Positions 17,927 to 26,566 of a DNA stretch of 34,719 bases are shown here, piece after piece. The DNA is from Chlamydiales bacterium (lineage in GTDB: Bacteria > Chlamydiota > Chlamydiia > Chlamydiales > SM23-39), in assembly GCA_031972195.1 (NCBI GenBank), contig DALYFE010000002.1, positions 1 to 34,719 of the forward strand, written 5' to 3'. Position numbers and translations under genes: made by a program. The notes beneath the pieces were generated by a model. That model saw only the letters and a list, made by a program, of their open reading frames with translations. It was not told the origin of the DNA and made no database searches. Each line of letters starts with the position of its first letter. The first letter of the stretch is position 1.

Positions 17927-18677
17927 GGCCGAAGCTCTTCATGTGAATTATGGCAACACGACCATCCTCTGGGATATTACTTTTAAAATCCCTTCAGGAT
18001 TGATTGTCGGGGTATTGGGGCCCAATGGAGCCGGAAAAAGCACCCTGTTTAAAGCTGCTTTAGGTTTGCTTAAGCCTCTGTCGGGAAGGATAGACCTTTT
18101 TGGCCAGCCGGCTTCCAAAGTTCGGCAGAAGGTAGCTTACGTGCCTCAAAGAGAGTCGATTGACTGGGATTTCCCGATCACGGCAGAAGAAGTGGTCTTA
18201 ATGGGGCGCTACGGGAAAATGGGATTGTTCGGACGGCCGCGGAAAGCGGATCGGGCAGCGGCCAGGGAAGCTCTTGAGATTGTTGGCATGGAGGGATTCG
18301 GCGATCGTCAAATCAGCCAGCTTTCAGGAGGCCAGCAGCAGCGCTTATTTATCGCCAGAGCGTTTGTCCAGGAAGCGGATCTATTTTTACTCGACGAACC
18401 CTTTGCCGGTGTCGATTTGACAACGGAAAAAGCAATTATGGCATTGCTTAGAAAACAAAAAAGCCGCGGCAAGACAGTGTTGATCATTCACCATGATCTC
18501 TCTACGGTTGAAGAGTATTTTGATTGGGCTCTTTTGTTAAATACTCACCTGGTCGCTTGCGGTCCTGTCCCTGAGGTGGTCAGCTCTGCAAATTTAGGAC
18601 GCGCCTTCGGAAAAGGGGATTCTCTTTTTGATGAAGCGGCAAGTTCCTTGGCCAAACGAATGACAGGCGTCTTATAG
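17910..18677 (+). CDS. ytgB: metal ABC transporter ATP-binding protein
   Basis: Walker A GPNGAGKST, signature LSGGQQQR, Walker B LFLLDEP. Overlaps the ytgA end by 17 nt. Confidence 0.93.
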   Translation: MGQIIEAEALHVNYGNTTILWDITFKIPSGLIVGVLGPNGAGKSTLFKAALGLLKPLSGRIDLFGQPASKVRQKVAYVPQRESIDWDFPITAEEVVLMGRYGKMGLFGRPRKADRAAAREALEIVGMEGFGDRQISQLSGGQQQRLFIARAFVQEADLFLLDEPFAGVDLTTEKAIMALLRKQKSRGKTVLIIHHDLSTVEEYFDWALLLNTHLVACGPVPEVVSSANLGRAFGKGDSLFDEAASSLAKRMTGVL

Positions 18678-18716
18678 GGTCATGGAAAATAATTCAAATC
18701 AAGCGGGATTAGGTTC

Positions 18717-20036
18717 ATGAATTCGTTTTGGGAATTTTTCACAGACCCGGTTTTTCGAGGGCCTACCTGGGGAACGCTGCTCATGTGCATCGCATCATCC
18801 TTGATGGGGGTGATCCTTTTATTAAAACGCCGATGTTTGCTTGGAGAGACTCTATCCCATGCGGCGTATCCGGGGATTATTTTCGGCATTTCTCTGTTTG
18901 CCCTTTTGTTTCCTGCGCAAAGCGAGAACGCTTTCTTTGCTGTGCTGGGAGGAGCATTTGCGACATCTTTATTAGGCCTCAAAATGATCGAATGGATGGA
19001 AAGAAGAGGAAAGAGTTCTTCCGATGCCGCCCTTTGTTTTGTGCTTGCATTGTTTTTTGGCATAGGGACTGTCGCGGCAAGCGCTCTGCAAATAGCCCTT
19101 CCCATATGGCATCAGCAAGTGCAGACCTTGTTGTTTGGACAGGCTGCCACTATGACGGATTTTCATATTGTCTTGTATGCTGTATTGACTCTTTCCGTAG
19201 TATCTGTTCTATGGATCGGATTTCGTCCTTTGCAAGCGTTGCTGTTCGATCCTGATTTTGCCAAAAGCTCAGGGCTGAGGACTGCTTTTTTAGAACGGGC
19301 CGTATTTTGGCTGCTGCTGCTTTCTTTAATTTTAGGGATTCGAAGCGTAGGCGTTGTTTTAATGTCAGGAATGGCGATCGCTCCTGCAATTGCTGCTCGC
19401 CAATTTACCGATCGGCTTCAAATCGTATTTTTCCTGGCTGCGATATTTGGGGCATTGAGCGGCCTTTTCGGAAATATTTTGTCTGTGCTTGGAACGATCG
19501 CTCTTTCAACATCTCAGGAAAAATTAACGCTTCCGACAGGTCCTGCGATCATTCTGGTGGGCGCTGCGATCGCTCTATTTTCTCTATTGTTCGCACCAAA
19601 GAGGGGATGGGTGTTCCGTCTTGTCCGAATTGCAGGGTTCCGTATCCGATGTCTTGAGGAAAACATTTTAAAGATGTTTTGGAAAAAAGAGGCGATGACT
19701 GCAAAGCAAGTTCGCAAGGCGCACCGGACGGCAATCGGGATGGTCCCTTTGGTTCTGTGGCGTTTAAAGCGGGGAGGATGGTTGGAAAAGAAGGGAATGG
19801 ACTATGTTCTTTCCCGCGATGGCGCGAAAAAGGCATCTTCTATTGTTCGCCTTCACCGGCTATGGGAATTGTATCTTGCGAGCGAACTTGGATTTGTGAA
19901 TGAGAAAGTCCACCTGAGCGCTGAAGAGATGGAGCATATTTTGACGCCGGACCTGGAAGCTCGTCTTACTTGCTTGCTTGCGAATCCGAAAATCGATCCC
20001 CATGATCAACCCATTCCTGATAGGGAGACTTTATGA
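18717..20036 (+). CDS. ytgC: metal ABC permease fused to a C-terminal DtxR/MntR-family repressor domain (YtgC-YtgR)
   Basis: Residues 1-~300 form an ABC-3 type permease. Residues ~310-439 (about 19640-20036) read ...WRLKRGGWLEKKG...RLHRLWELYLASELGF...HLSAEEMEHILTPDLEARL...DPHDQPIP, typical of the DtxR-family wHTH plus dimerisation/metal-binding region. Confidence 0.9.
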   Translation: MNSFWEFFTDPVFRGPTWGTLLMCIASSLMGVILLLKRRCLLGETLSHAAYPGIIFGISLFALLFPAQSENAFFAVLGGAFATSLLGLKMIEWMERRGKSSSDAALCFVLALFFGIGTVAASALQIALPIWHQQVQTLLFGQAATMTDFHIVLYAVLTLSVVSVLWIGFRPLQALLFDPDFAKSSGLRTAFLERAVFWLLLLSLILGIRSVGVVLMSGMAIAPAIAARQFTDRLQIVFFLAAIFGALSGLFGNILSVLGTIALSTSQEKLTLPTGPAIILVGAAIALFSLLFAPKRGWVFRLVRIAGFRIRCLEENILKMFWKKEAMTAKQVRKAHRTAIGMVPLVLWRLKRGGWLEKKGMDYVLSRDGAKKASSIVRLHRLWELYLASELGFVNEKVHLSAEEMEHILTPDLEARLTCLLANPKIDPHDQPIPDRETL

Positions 20037-21010
20037 ATCCATATTGGGGCTCTACATTCTTTGAGTTTTTTTCCCTTTTGTTTACCCGTTTTTTCAGCTC
20101 TGCCATCTTGACCCCTCAAGCAGATGAGATACAAATAGGCGTCCTTGGCTGCGTAGCCCTCTCATGCGGATTAATCGGCCCGTTCCTTGTATTAAAGCGG
20201 ATGACTATGTTTGCCAACGCACTATCGCATACAATTCTTTTGGGGATTATTGGAGCTTTTCTTTGCGCGTCCTTTTTTTGGGGAGGAGCGATGTTTGATC
20301 CGATTACTTTATTGCTAGGTGCGCTGATTGCTGCATTCTTAACTGCGATTTTAACGGAAGGTATTGTTCGGCTTTTTCGAATTCAGGAAGATGCGAGCGT
20401 GGGCCTTGTTTTTTCTACCTTATTTGCATTGGGAGTGGTTTTAGCGACTGTATTTACTCGCAATGCCCATCTCAGCTCCGAGGCCGTAATGGGAAACGCC
20501 GATGCTTTGCAGGGGTCCGATTTTCAACTTTCAGCAATTTCTGCCGTATTCAATATTGGCGCGGTGCTTCTTTTTTATAAGCAATTGCAAATTTCAAGTT
20601 TTGACCGTTCCTATGCACTGACCCTTGGAGTCCGCTCCGGATTTTTTCATTTTCTTCTCCTGTTTCTTTCCGCAGCCGTCTGCGTAGGGGCCTTCCGTGC
20701 TGTCGGGGTGCTTTTGGTCTTAGCGTTTCTGACGGGTCCTTATTTAACGGCCAGATTGTTTTGTAATCGATTGTCTCATCTTTTGATCATAAGTCCTGCA
20801 ATTGGGATCTTAGCTTCTATGATTGGCGTTGCGTTTTCCCGTCACCTGCTAAGCGTTTATGGACTGCCTCTTTCTACAGGGGGGATTGTTGTTTGTATCC
20901 TTGGCCTATTCTATGGTATTGCCGTCTTCTTTAAATTCGCAGCTCGTGATACATTCCTTTTATGCAAAAGAAAATTGCTGTTCTCGGAAGCACCGGGTCG
21001 ATCGGAGTAA
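20033..21010 (+). CDS. ytgD: metal ABC transporter permease
   Basis: ABC-3 family multi-TM protein. ATGA overlap with ytgC. Confidence 0.9.
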   Translation: MNPYWGSTFFEFFSLLFTRFFSSAILTPQADEIQIGVLGCVALSCGLIGPFLVLKRMTMFANALSHTILLGIIGAFLCASFFWGGAMFDPITLLLGALIAAFLTAILTEGIVRLFRIQEDASVGLVFSTLFALGVVLATVFTRNAHLSSEAVMGNADALQGSDFQLSAISAVFNIGAVLLFYKQLQISSFDRSYALTLGVRSGFFHFLLLFLSAAVCVGAFRAVGVLLVLAFLTGPYLTARLFCNRLSHLLIISPAIGILASMIGVAFSRHLLSVYGLPLSTGGIVVCILGLFYGIAVFFKFAARDTFLLCKRKLLFSEAPGRSE

Positions 21011-22101
21011 ACACGCTTCGTGTTGCGAGGCATCTTTCGGAAGACCTCCAAGTGGTTGCATTAGCTGCCAAATCAAATATTGATCTTCTTTTTGCCCAGG
21101 CACTGGAATTTTCTCCCAAATTGATTGCGGTATTTGATCCTGGTCAGGCGCTTCTATTGCAAAAGAGGCTGCCGGCAATTCCGGTTCTTGCCGGAATGGA
21201 TGGACTGCGCGCTGTGGCCTCCTATGCAGAGGCAGATTTTGTGATGCTTGCCATGACAGGGAGCGCCGGGCTTCTGCCTGCAGTTTCCGCAATTGAAGCA
21301 GGCAAGCAAATTGGTTTGGCCAATAAGGAAGCGCTGGTTTCAGGAGGAGAATGGATTAGCGGGCTTGCAAAGAGAAAAGGGGTGACCCTGATTCCCGTCG
21401 ATAGCGAGCATTGCGCCCTGCATCAATGTCTTCGAGCGGGTTCTCCCAAAGAAATCCGGCGTTTGATTTTGACTGCGTCAGGCGGGGCTTTTCGCGATAA
21501 AACCGAAGAGCAGTTAAAACAAGTCACCTTGGAAGAGGCCTTAAGCCATCCTAATTGGCGCATGGGGTTCAAAGGAATGGTCGATTGCGCGACCTTGATG
21601 AATAAAGGTCTTGAAATGATCGAAGCCCGCTTTTTATTCGATATTGATCCGGAGCAAGTAGAGGCGGTCATTCATCCGCAAAGTCGGATTCACAGCTGTG
21701 TCGAATTTGTAGACGGATCGGTTTTGGCTTTGATGGCCGAGCCCGATATGATCCTTCCCATTCAATATGCATTGACCTATCCGCAAAGAAAGGCGGGAAT
21801 GTTTCCTCCTTATGATTTTTTTAAAAATGGAACGTTGAATTTTTATCCTCCGGACAAAAAAAAGTTTCCCTGTCTTCAATTAGCGCTTGATGCACTCAAG
21901 GCGGGGAGAAGCTACCCTTGTTTTCTGAATGCGGCCAACGAAATTCTAGTCGATCGGTTTGTGCGAAGGGAAATTCCATTTCATGCAATTGGAGAGAAAC
22001 TGGAAAAATTAATCTCTTCACACCGACCGGAAAATGTGCTAACCTTAGATGCGATTCTATCGGTCGATTTGAATGCGAGGGAATTGGCAAACATAGTCTA
22101 G
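20962..22101 (+). CDS. dxr: 1-deoxy-D-xylulose 5-phosphate reductoisomerase
   Basis: KIAVLGSTGSIGVNTL, LANKEALV, DSEHCAL, HPNWRMG, NAANE. Overlaps the ytgD 3' end by 49 nt. Confidence 0.95.
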   Translation: MQKKIAVLGSTGSIGVNTLRVARHLSEDLQVVALAAKSNIDLLFAQALEFSPKLIAVFDPGQALLLQKRLPAIPVLAGMDGLRAVASYAEADFVMLAMTGSAGLLPAVSAIEAGKQIGLANKEALVSGGEWISGLAKRKGVTLIPVDSEHCALHQCLRAGSPKEIRRLILTASGGAFRDKTEEQLKQVTLEEALSHPNWRMGFKGMVDCATLMNKGLEMIEARFLFDIDPEQVEAVIHPQSRIHSCVEFVDGSVLALMAEPDMILPIQYALTYPQRKAGMFPPYDFFKNGTLNFYPPDKKKFPCLQLALDALKAGRSYPCFLNAANEILVDRFVRREIPFHAIGEKLEKLISSHRPENVLTLDAILSVDLNARELANIV

Positions 22102-22110
22102 GGACGCGCT

Positions 22111-24039
22111 GTGGAAAATCTTTTTTATGCTCTTTTAGCAATTTTGGGGTTGGGTTTTTTGGTTTTTATCCATGAGCTTGGCCATTTTTTGGTGGCTCGC
22201 AGACAAGGGATGCGGGTTGAAGCGTTTGCTATTGGTTTCGGCAAGCCGATTTACACGTGGGAACACGATGGCGTTAAGTGGATGATTTGCATGCTTCCTT
22301 TCGGGGGCTATGTCCGTATTGCCGGTATGCAGAAAGAAGGAAGCCGCGAGCCGTATGAAATCCGCGATGGGTTTTATGGGAAGCGCCCTTGGCAAAGAAT
22401 TAAAGTAGCCTTGGCAGGTCCTCTGGTGAACATCGCTTTTTCTTTTGTTGCATTCTCAATCCTTTGGATGTCCGGAGGCCGCAGCAAACCATCGGCCGAA
22501 TTTACGCACAGAATCGGTTGGGTAGATCCCAAAGCGCCCCTTTATGAACTGGGAGTCCGTCCCGGGGATGTGATCTCCAATTACGGGGGAAAGCCATTTC
22601 ACGGGTTTCGAGACCTTCTTGTGACCTCTCTGATGGATGGAGGCTCCGTTCGCATCGAGGGATATAAAATCGACGAAGGAACAGGAAAACTGGTCGATTT
22701 TGATTATACGCTAAAGACTTATGAAAATCCTCAAAGCGCGAAGCTGAAGCTCAATACGATTGGAGTCTTATCTCCTGCTTCCTATTTAATTTATGACACT
22801 CCGGGAACAGGATTTGTTTCTCCATCGGCTAATGCGGGCATTGAGCCCGGAGATCGGCTTCTCTGGGCAGATGGAGAGATGATTTTTTCCGTGCAGCAAC
22901 TTAGCGCATTGACGAATGAATCCACTGCTTTGCTAACGGTTCGCCGCGGCAATGAAATTTTCCATACAAAAGCGCCTCGCGTTCAATTGGAAGATTTAAG
23001 CTTGACCTCTCCTGAGCGTGCCGAAATTGGCGATTGGCAATATGAAGCGGGTATTAAAGGAAGGCTGCAGGACCTTTATTTTATTCCCTATAACCTGTCT
23101 CCCACTGCAGTGGTAGAAAAACGACTGACGTTCTTCGATGCGGAAAACCAGGCCCGCGCCTTTCAGCAGTGCCATCGATGCTCCACATTTACACCGCTTG
23201 AAGAAGAAGATCAAATCCTGGCAGTAGACGGCATTCCCATTCATTCCGCTTATCAGCTCCTTGAGCATCTGCAAACGCGCCGTGTCCTGCTTGTCGTCGA
23301 CCGCAATCCATTGGCCAATAAAGTGGTTCCTTGGACGCAGTCCGACCAGGCGTTCGATGCATTTAGCCGTAAAGATCTGAAAGCAATCGTTTCTTCCATC
23401 GGGACTGAGCATCCTTTAACGCATTCCGGATCTTTATATCTTTTGAATCCTATCGTCCCCAAGACTAGACTGGAGTTGCCGTTGAGCCCGGAGCAGCATG
23501 CTGCGATTGCAAAAGAAACTGCGTTGATTAAAAAAGAGATCGAAGCGATTTCAGATCCGGCGAAAAGAGGCGCTGCCCTCAAGCAGCTTGAGATCAGTCA
23601 GAAGCGATTGGTCCTTGGACTGCCTTTAAAAGATCGGGAAGTGACTTATAATCCCAATCCGCTTGAACAATTTAAAGTGGTGGTCATCGATACCTGGAGG
23701 ACCTTGTCCGGGCTTTTCTCAGGATATCTCAATCCAAAATATGTGAGCGGCCCTGTTGGTATCATCCAAGTGGTGCATCAAAGCTGGATGGTTGGCGTGA
23801 AAGAGGCGCTATTTTGGATGGCGGTCATTAGTCTCAACCTTGGCATTGTCAATCTTTTGCCCGTCCCCGTTCTCGATGGTGGACATATCATGTTTTCTTT
23901 GCTCGAGGCTGTGCGGAAGCGTCCGCTGCGGGCTAAAACCATGGAACGGCTGATCATTCCATTCATTGGTCTATTGATCGTGTTTTTCCTGTACATTACG
24001 TATCAGGATATCGCTCGGTTATTTTCCAAGTTTTTATAA
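22111..24039 (+). CDS. rseP: RIP site-2 metalloprotease (M50, RseP/YaeL) with PDZ domains
   Basis: HELGHF in TM1, a long PDZ-containing periplasmic region, and C-terminal NLLPVPVLDGGH. GTG start. Confidence 0.93.
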   Translation: MENLFYALLAILGLGFLVFIHELGHFLVARRQGMRVEAFAIGFGKPIYTWEHDGVKWMICMLPFGGYVRIAGMQKEGSREPYEIRDGFYGKRPWQRIKVALAGPLVNIAFSFVAFSILWMSGGRSKPSAEFTHRIGWVDPKAPLYELGVRPGDVISNYGGKPFHGFRDLLVTSLMDGGSVRIEGYKIDEGTGKLVDFDYTLKTYENPQSAKLKLNTIGVLSPASYLIYDTPGTGFVSPSANAGIEPGDRLLWADGEMIFSVQQLSALTNESTALLTVRRGNEIFHTKAPRVQLEDLSLTSPERAEIGDWQYEAGIKGRLQDLYFIPYNLSPTAVVEKRLTFFDAENQARAFQQCHRCSTFTPLEEEDQILAVDGIPIHSAYQLLEHLQTRRVLLVVDRNPLANKVVPWTQSDQAFDAFSRKDLKAIVSSIGTEHPLTHSGSLYLLNPIVPKTRLELPLSPEQHAAIAKETALIKKEIEAISDPAKRGAALKQLEISQKRLVLGLPLKDREVTYNPNPLEQFKVVVIDTWRTLSGLFSGYLNPKYVSGPVGIIQVVHQSWMVGVKEALFWMAVISLNLGIVNLLPVPVLDGGHIMFSLLEAVRKRPLRAKTMERLIIPFIGLLIVFFLYITYQDIARLFSKFL

Positions 24040-25025
24040 AGGAAGGGGGATTCCCCCTTCCTTTTGTCCTCATCTTCCGAGGTTTGATATTCCCCGCCAT
24101 TTTGCAAGTATTCATCGATCCGTTCCTGGATTTTTCTGGCGTAAATTGGATGTTGAAAGGAATGAACGGATAGCTCAGTGCAATTCCGATCCTTTTTAGA
24201 AGAAAGTTCCTCAATGCCCTGTTTTTTCTCGCCACTCAGTGTTAGAGGAATGCGCTCTTCATGATGTTTCATGATCTGTTGAATGAGCCGCGATGATTTG
24301 GTTTCATGAGAGTTAATCGCTCCTGCAAAACATAATTCCCCATAGGGGGTGATATCGTTTTTGCAGACATAATTAAAAGATTGAAAACAGATTTCTTTGG
24401 GGACTGTGGCAGCCGGCGCAATGGCCACTACAATGATGCGGTCGCAGATCTCTTTAGGAAGTTTTGCCAACGCATTTCGGACGTGGATAGCTCCTTGGCT
24501 GTGGCAAAATTGGAGATATTTTGCATTGGGCCGGTTGGCATTGCGGCGATGAAAATCGACCCAGGTTTCTTCCAGAAGCCTGGCTGTATTTGGAGAAAAT
24601 CCGAGATAATTCAATAAAAAGACTTCAGCAAGATCTGCAATGACTCCATGAGAGCGATTATAGACCCAGTCGATGCTGTGTCCGACAGCAAATTGGTTGA
24701 TATAATTGGTATGGCTGCGTGCTTCATCGAGAGAGACATTTATCCCATTAATCCCGCCAATTCCTAAGTGAGGAGCTTTTTCTCCCTTTGTTGAGAAGGA
24801 AGAAGAGCGCTCGATTGTAGAAAAAGAGGGCTTGGAATCGAATAAGTCGGGATCCATCATGCCTTTTCCAATGGTTTCCAAGAGATGGGCTATCCAGGAT
24901 TTAATGGGATTATTTCGATATATTCTCGATATCCGATATCCATTCCAGATTGAAGTCTTCGCACCTTCATGCATTCCATGAAGCGGATCGTTATTCGAGA
25001 TAAAATCCGTTGGATCAATTGACAC
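24003..25025 (-). CDS. putative alpha/beta-hydrolase (lipase/esterase-like) protein
   Basis: Nucleophile-elbow-like FCHSQGA. Upstream GIGGINGINVSL and NRSHG. Later ND and VHSFQH as possible Asp/His. The 3' end overlaps rseP by 37 nt. Confidence 0.6.
   Translation of the reverse strand: MSIDPTDFISNNDPLHGMHEGAKTSIWNGYRISRIYRNNPIKSWIAHLLETIGKGMMDPDLFDSKPSFSTIERSSSFSTKGEKAPHLGIGGINGINVSLDEARSHTNYINQFAVGHSIDWVYNRSHGVIADLAEVFLLNYLGFSPNTARLLEETWVDFHRRNANRPNAKYLQFCHSQGAIHVRNALAKLPKEICDRIIVVAIAPAATVPKEICFQSFNYVCKNDITPYGELCFAGAINSHETKSSRLIQQIMKHHEERIPLTLSGEKKQGIEELSSKKDRNCTELSVHSFQHPIYARKIQERIDEYLQNGGEYQTSEDEDKRKGESPFLYKNLENNRAIS
24038..24064. terminator. perfect 12 bp stem hairpin directly after the rseP stop
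   Basis: AAAGGAAGGGGG (24038-24049) pairs with CCCCCTTCCTTT (24053-24064). It lies inside the C-terminal coding tail of the convergent ORF 24003-25025. Confidence 0.6.
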
Positions 25026-25154
25026 AGGACCTCCAAAAAGGGGAGGGATAATAGCGATTGCCTATTTTCATGCCTATCCCAAAAAACGATTGTTCTGATA
25101 TTTCAGTAATCCCGATAAATTGTTATTTTTTTATTTAAAAATTTATCTTGTTAG

Positions 25155-25163
25155 TGATATAAT
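25155..25163 (+). promoter_or_regulatory. extended -10 element for ORF 25186
   Basis: TG-a-TATAAT (TATAAT at 25158-25163), with TTAAAA 17 nt upstream (25135-25140). Confidence 0.35.
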
Positions 25164-25185
25164 ATTATTAAAATATGATGGTTTT

Positions 25186-26154
25186 ATGAGTGAATTAACA
25201 GTTAATCCTCTTTCTACAAGCAAGCGACTTGAGTCCCGATCGGGGGTTGAGGTGCTGCGTTCTAAAACCAATCAAGAAGAGCGAGTCATTACGGCGGCAT
25301 CCGTTCTTAGTGATGCGCGGAAGGGAACTATTGATACGCTCACGCGTCGTAGAGCCGAGCAGACTGTTCAAAGAAACCTCTTGGTGTTTTTCTCTGTTTT
25401 TATATTCACTGCATTTATAACCATCCCCTTGTTAATCTCTGTTCATCGAGAAATTCAATTGACTGAGCAACATCTTGCTATTGCTGCAAATCCATCTGAG
25501 GCGTTGTCTTTAGAAGATAAGTATTACTTGAGAAAAAACTTTTTGCTTCAGAAAAGAGAGATCGAATCGTGTCTGAAAGAACAGAAAGTCTGTAAAAAAC
25601 ATGATGAAAATATAGCGCAGTTTTTGCATCGAGTAGTAGGAGAGCTGAAAAAAAATGGCTTGGTTTTTGATCGTAATACGATCGAGGTTGTCGCTAATTA
25701 TTTGATGAAATGCCTTCCGAATGATCAGTGTAGTCTAGATGGGGAGTATAGTGTAGATGATCAGTATAGTCTAGACGAGTGTTGGTTGATGCATTTAACG
25801 GAGATACGGTCATCTAACCCTGCTTTGAAGAGGGATTGTCCCTTGTACTGTTTAGCATTGAATTTGTCGGATCAGGAATTGTTGATAGGGAACGCATTGA
25901 TTCAAGATGCTAAGGATGCTGCTAAGGAAAAGTGGATGGCACGACAATACGGAAATTTCGTTGAATTTATACAGCAGTCTTTGGGTGTTGGCGACTCTCC
26001 GGGTCGAAGAAGTTTTGAGATAGAAATGAGAGAAAATTTTTCGGGAAAGTTGTCGGGAAAGTTGTATTGGAATGGTGTATTAGAGGGGAGCCGTGAAAGG
26101 CGTTTCGAGCCAGATCTCCACGGGCAATGGGATCCTAAGAAAACTATTTCTTAA
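25186..26154 (+). CDS. hypothetical single-pass membrane protein with short internal repeats
   Basis: ATG 25186 (MSELTVNPL...) is preferred over the track start at 25120, which lies in the promoter. One ~22 aa hydrophobic segment, LLVFFSVFIFTAFITIPLLISV. No recognised domain. Confidence 0.6.
   Translation: MSELTVNPLSTSKRLESRSGVEVLRSKTNQEERVITAASVLSDARKGTIDTLTRRRAEQTVQRNLLVFFSVFIFTAFITIPLLISVHREIQLTEQHLAIAANPSEALSLEDKYYLRKNFLLQKREIESCLKEQKVCKKHDENIAQFLHRVVGELKKNGLVFDRNTIEVVANYLMKCLPNDQCSLDGEYSVDDQYSLDECWLMHLTEIRSSNPALKRDCPLYCLALNLSDQELLIGNALIQDAKDAAKEKWMARQYGNFVEFIQQSLGVGDSPGRRSFEIEMRENFSGKLSGKLYWNGVLEGSRERRFEPDLHGQWDPKKTIS
25721..25776 (+). repeat. imperfect 36 nt-period direct repeat inside ORF 25186-26154
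   Basis: ATGATCAGTGTAGTCTAGAT (25721-25740) versus ATGATCAGTATAGTCTAGAC (25757-25776), 18/20 identical. Encodes DQCSLD / DQYSLD. Confidence 0.6.
26041..26064 (+). repeat. perfect 12 nt x2 tandem repeat inside ORF 25186-26154
   Basis: TCGGGAAAGTTG TCGGGAAAGTTG, encoding SGKL-SGKL. Confidence 0.8.
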
Positions 26155-26416
26155 TCTGATCGTATATCTTTTGCAAATCTTTTTCATCTAGTCCATCAAT
26201 CGTCACTCGTTTGAGCCGCGATGTGTGGCCTGAAGTGATTTGAATATGAGATTTAGGCACTTGGAGTATTTCTGATAGAAATGCAATCAGAGCCTCATTG
26301 GCTTTTCCTTTCTCTGGGATGGCCTTTAAACGAATTCGCAATACGCCGTCTTGCCAGCCTTCAATGCGGCTTTTCGATGCGTTCGGAGTGACTTTTACTT
26401 GAATCTTTGTTGCCAG
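26144..26416 (-). CDS. DUF167 (YggU-like) protein with an unresolved start codon
   Basis: IRLKAIPEKGKANEALIAFLSEIL...SGHTSRLKRVTI is the DUF167 core. The family-typical N-terminal strand KIQVKVTPNASKSRIEGWQDGVL is in frame upstream of the track's TTG (26341) and runs up to an in-frame TAG at 26417-26419. GGAGG lies just upstream. Confidence 0.65.
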   Translation of the reverse strand: MATKIQVKVTPNASKSRIEGWQDGVLRIRLKAIPEKGKANEALIAFLSEILQVPKSHIQITSGHTSRLKRVTIDGLDEKDLQKIYDQIKK

Positions 26417-26566
26417 CTATTCCTCCATTGTTTAACATCACAGCATGAACATATTTGCAGATGGCTTAGAAAATCAACTTTTCTTTAATCCTGTCGCCAG
26501 GATTCCTGCATTGCGTTTGCAAATGTCAAATGTTCATTCCGTTCATGGTGTCCATCGCCTCCCCTA

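Noticed and set aside
18728-19255. 175 aa alternative-frame ORF on the plus strand and the 141 aa minus-strand ORF at 18680-19105 within ytgC
   Set aside because: They overlap a well-supported permease frame. The translations are Cys/Arg-rich with no TM pattern.
25186-26154. Classification as a chlamydial inclusion membrane (Inc) protein
   Set aside because: Inc proteins have a bilobed hydrophobic domain of ~40-60 aa. Only one ~22 aa hydrophobic segment is present here.
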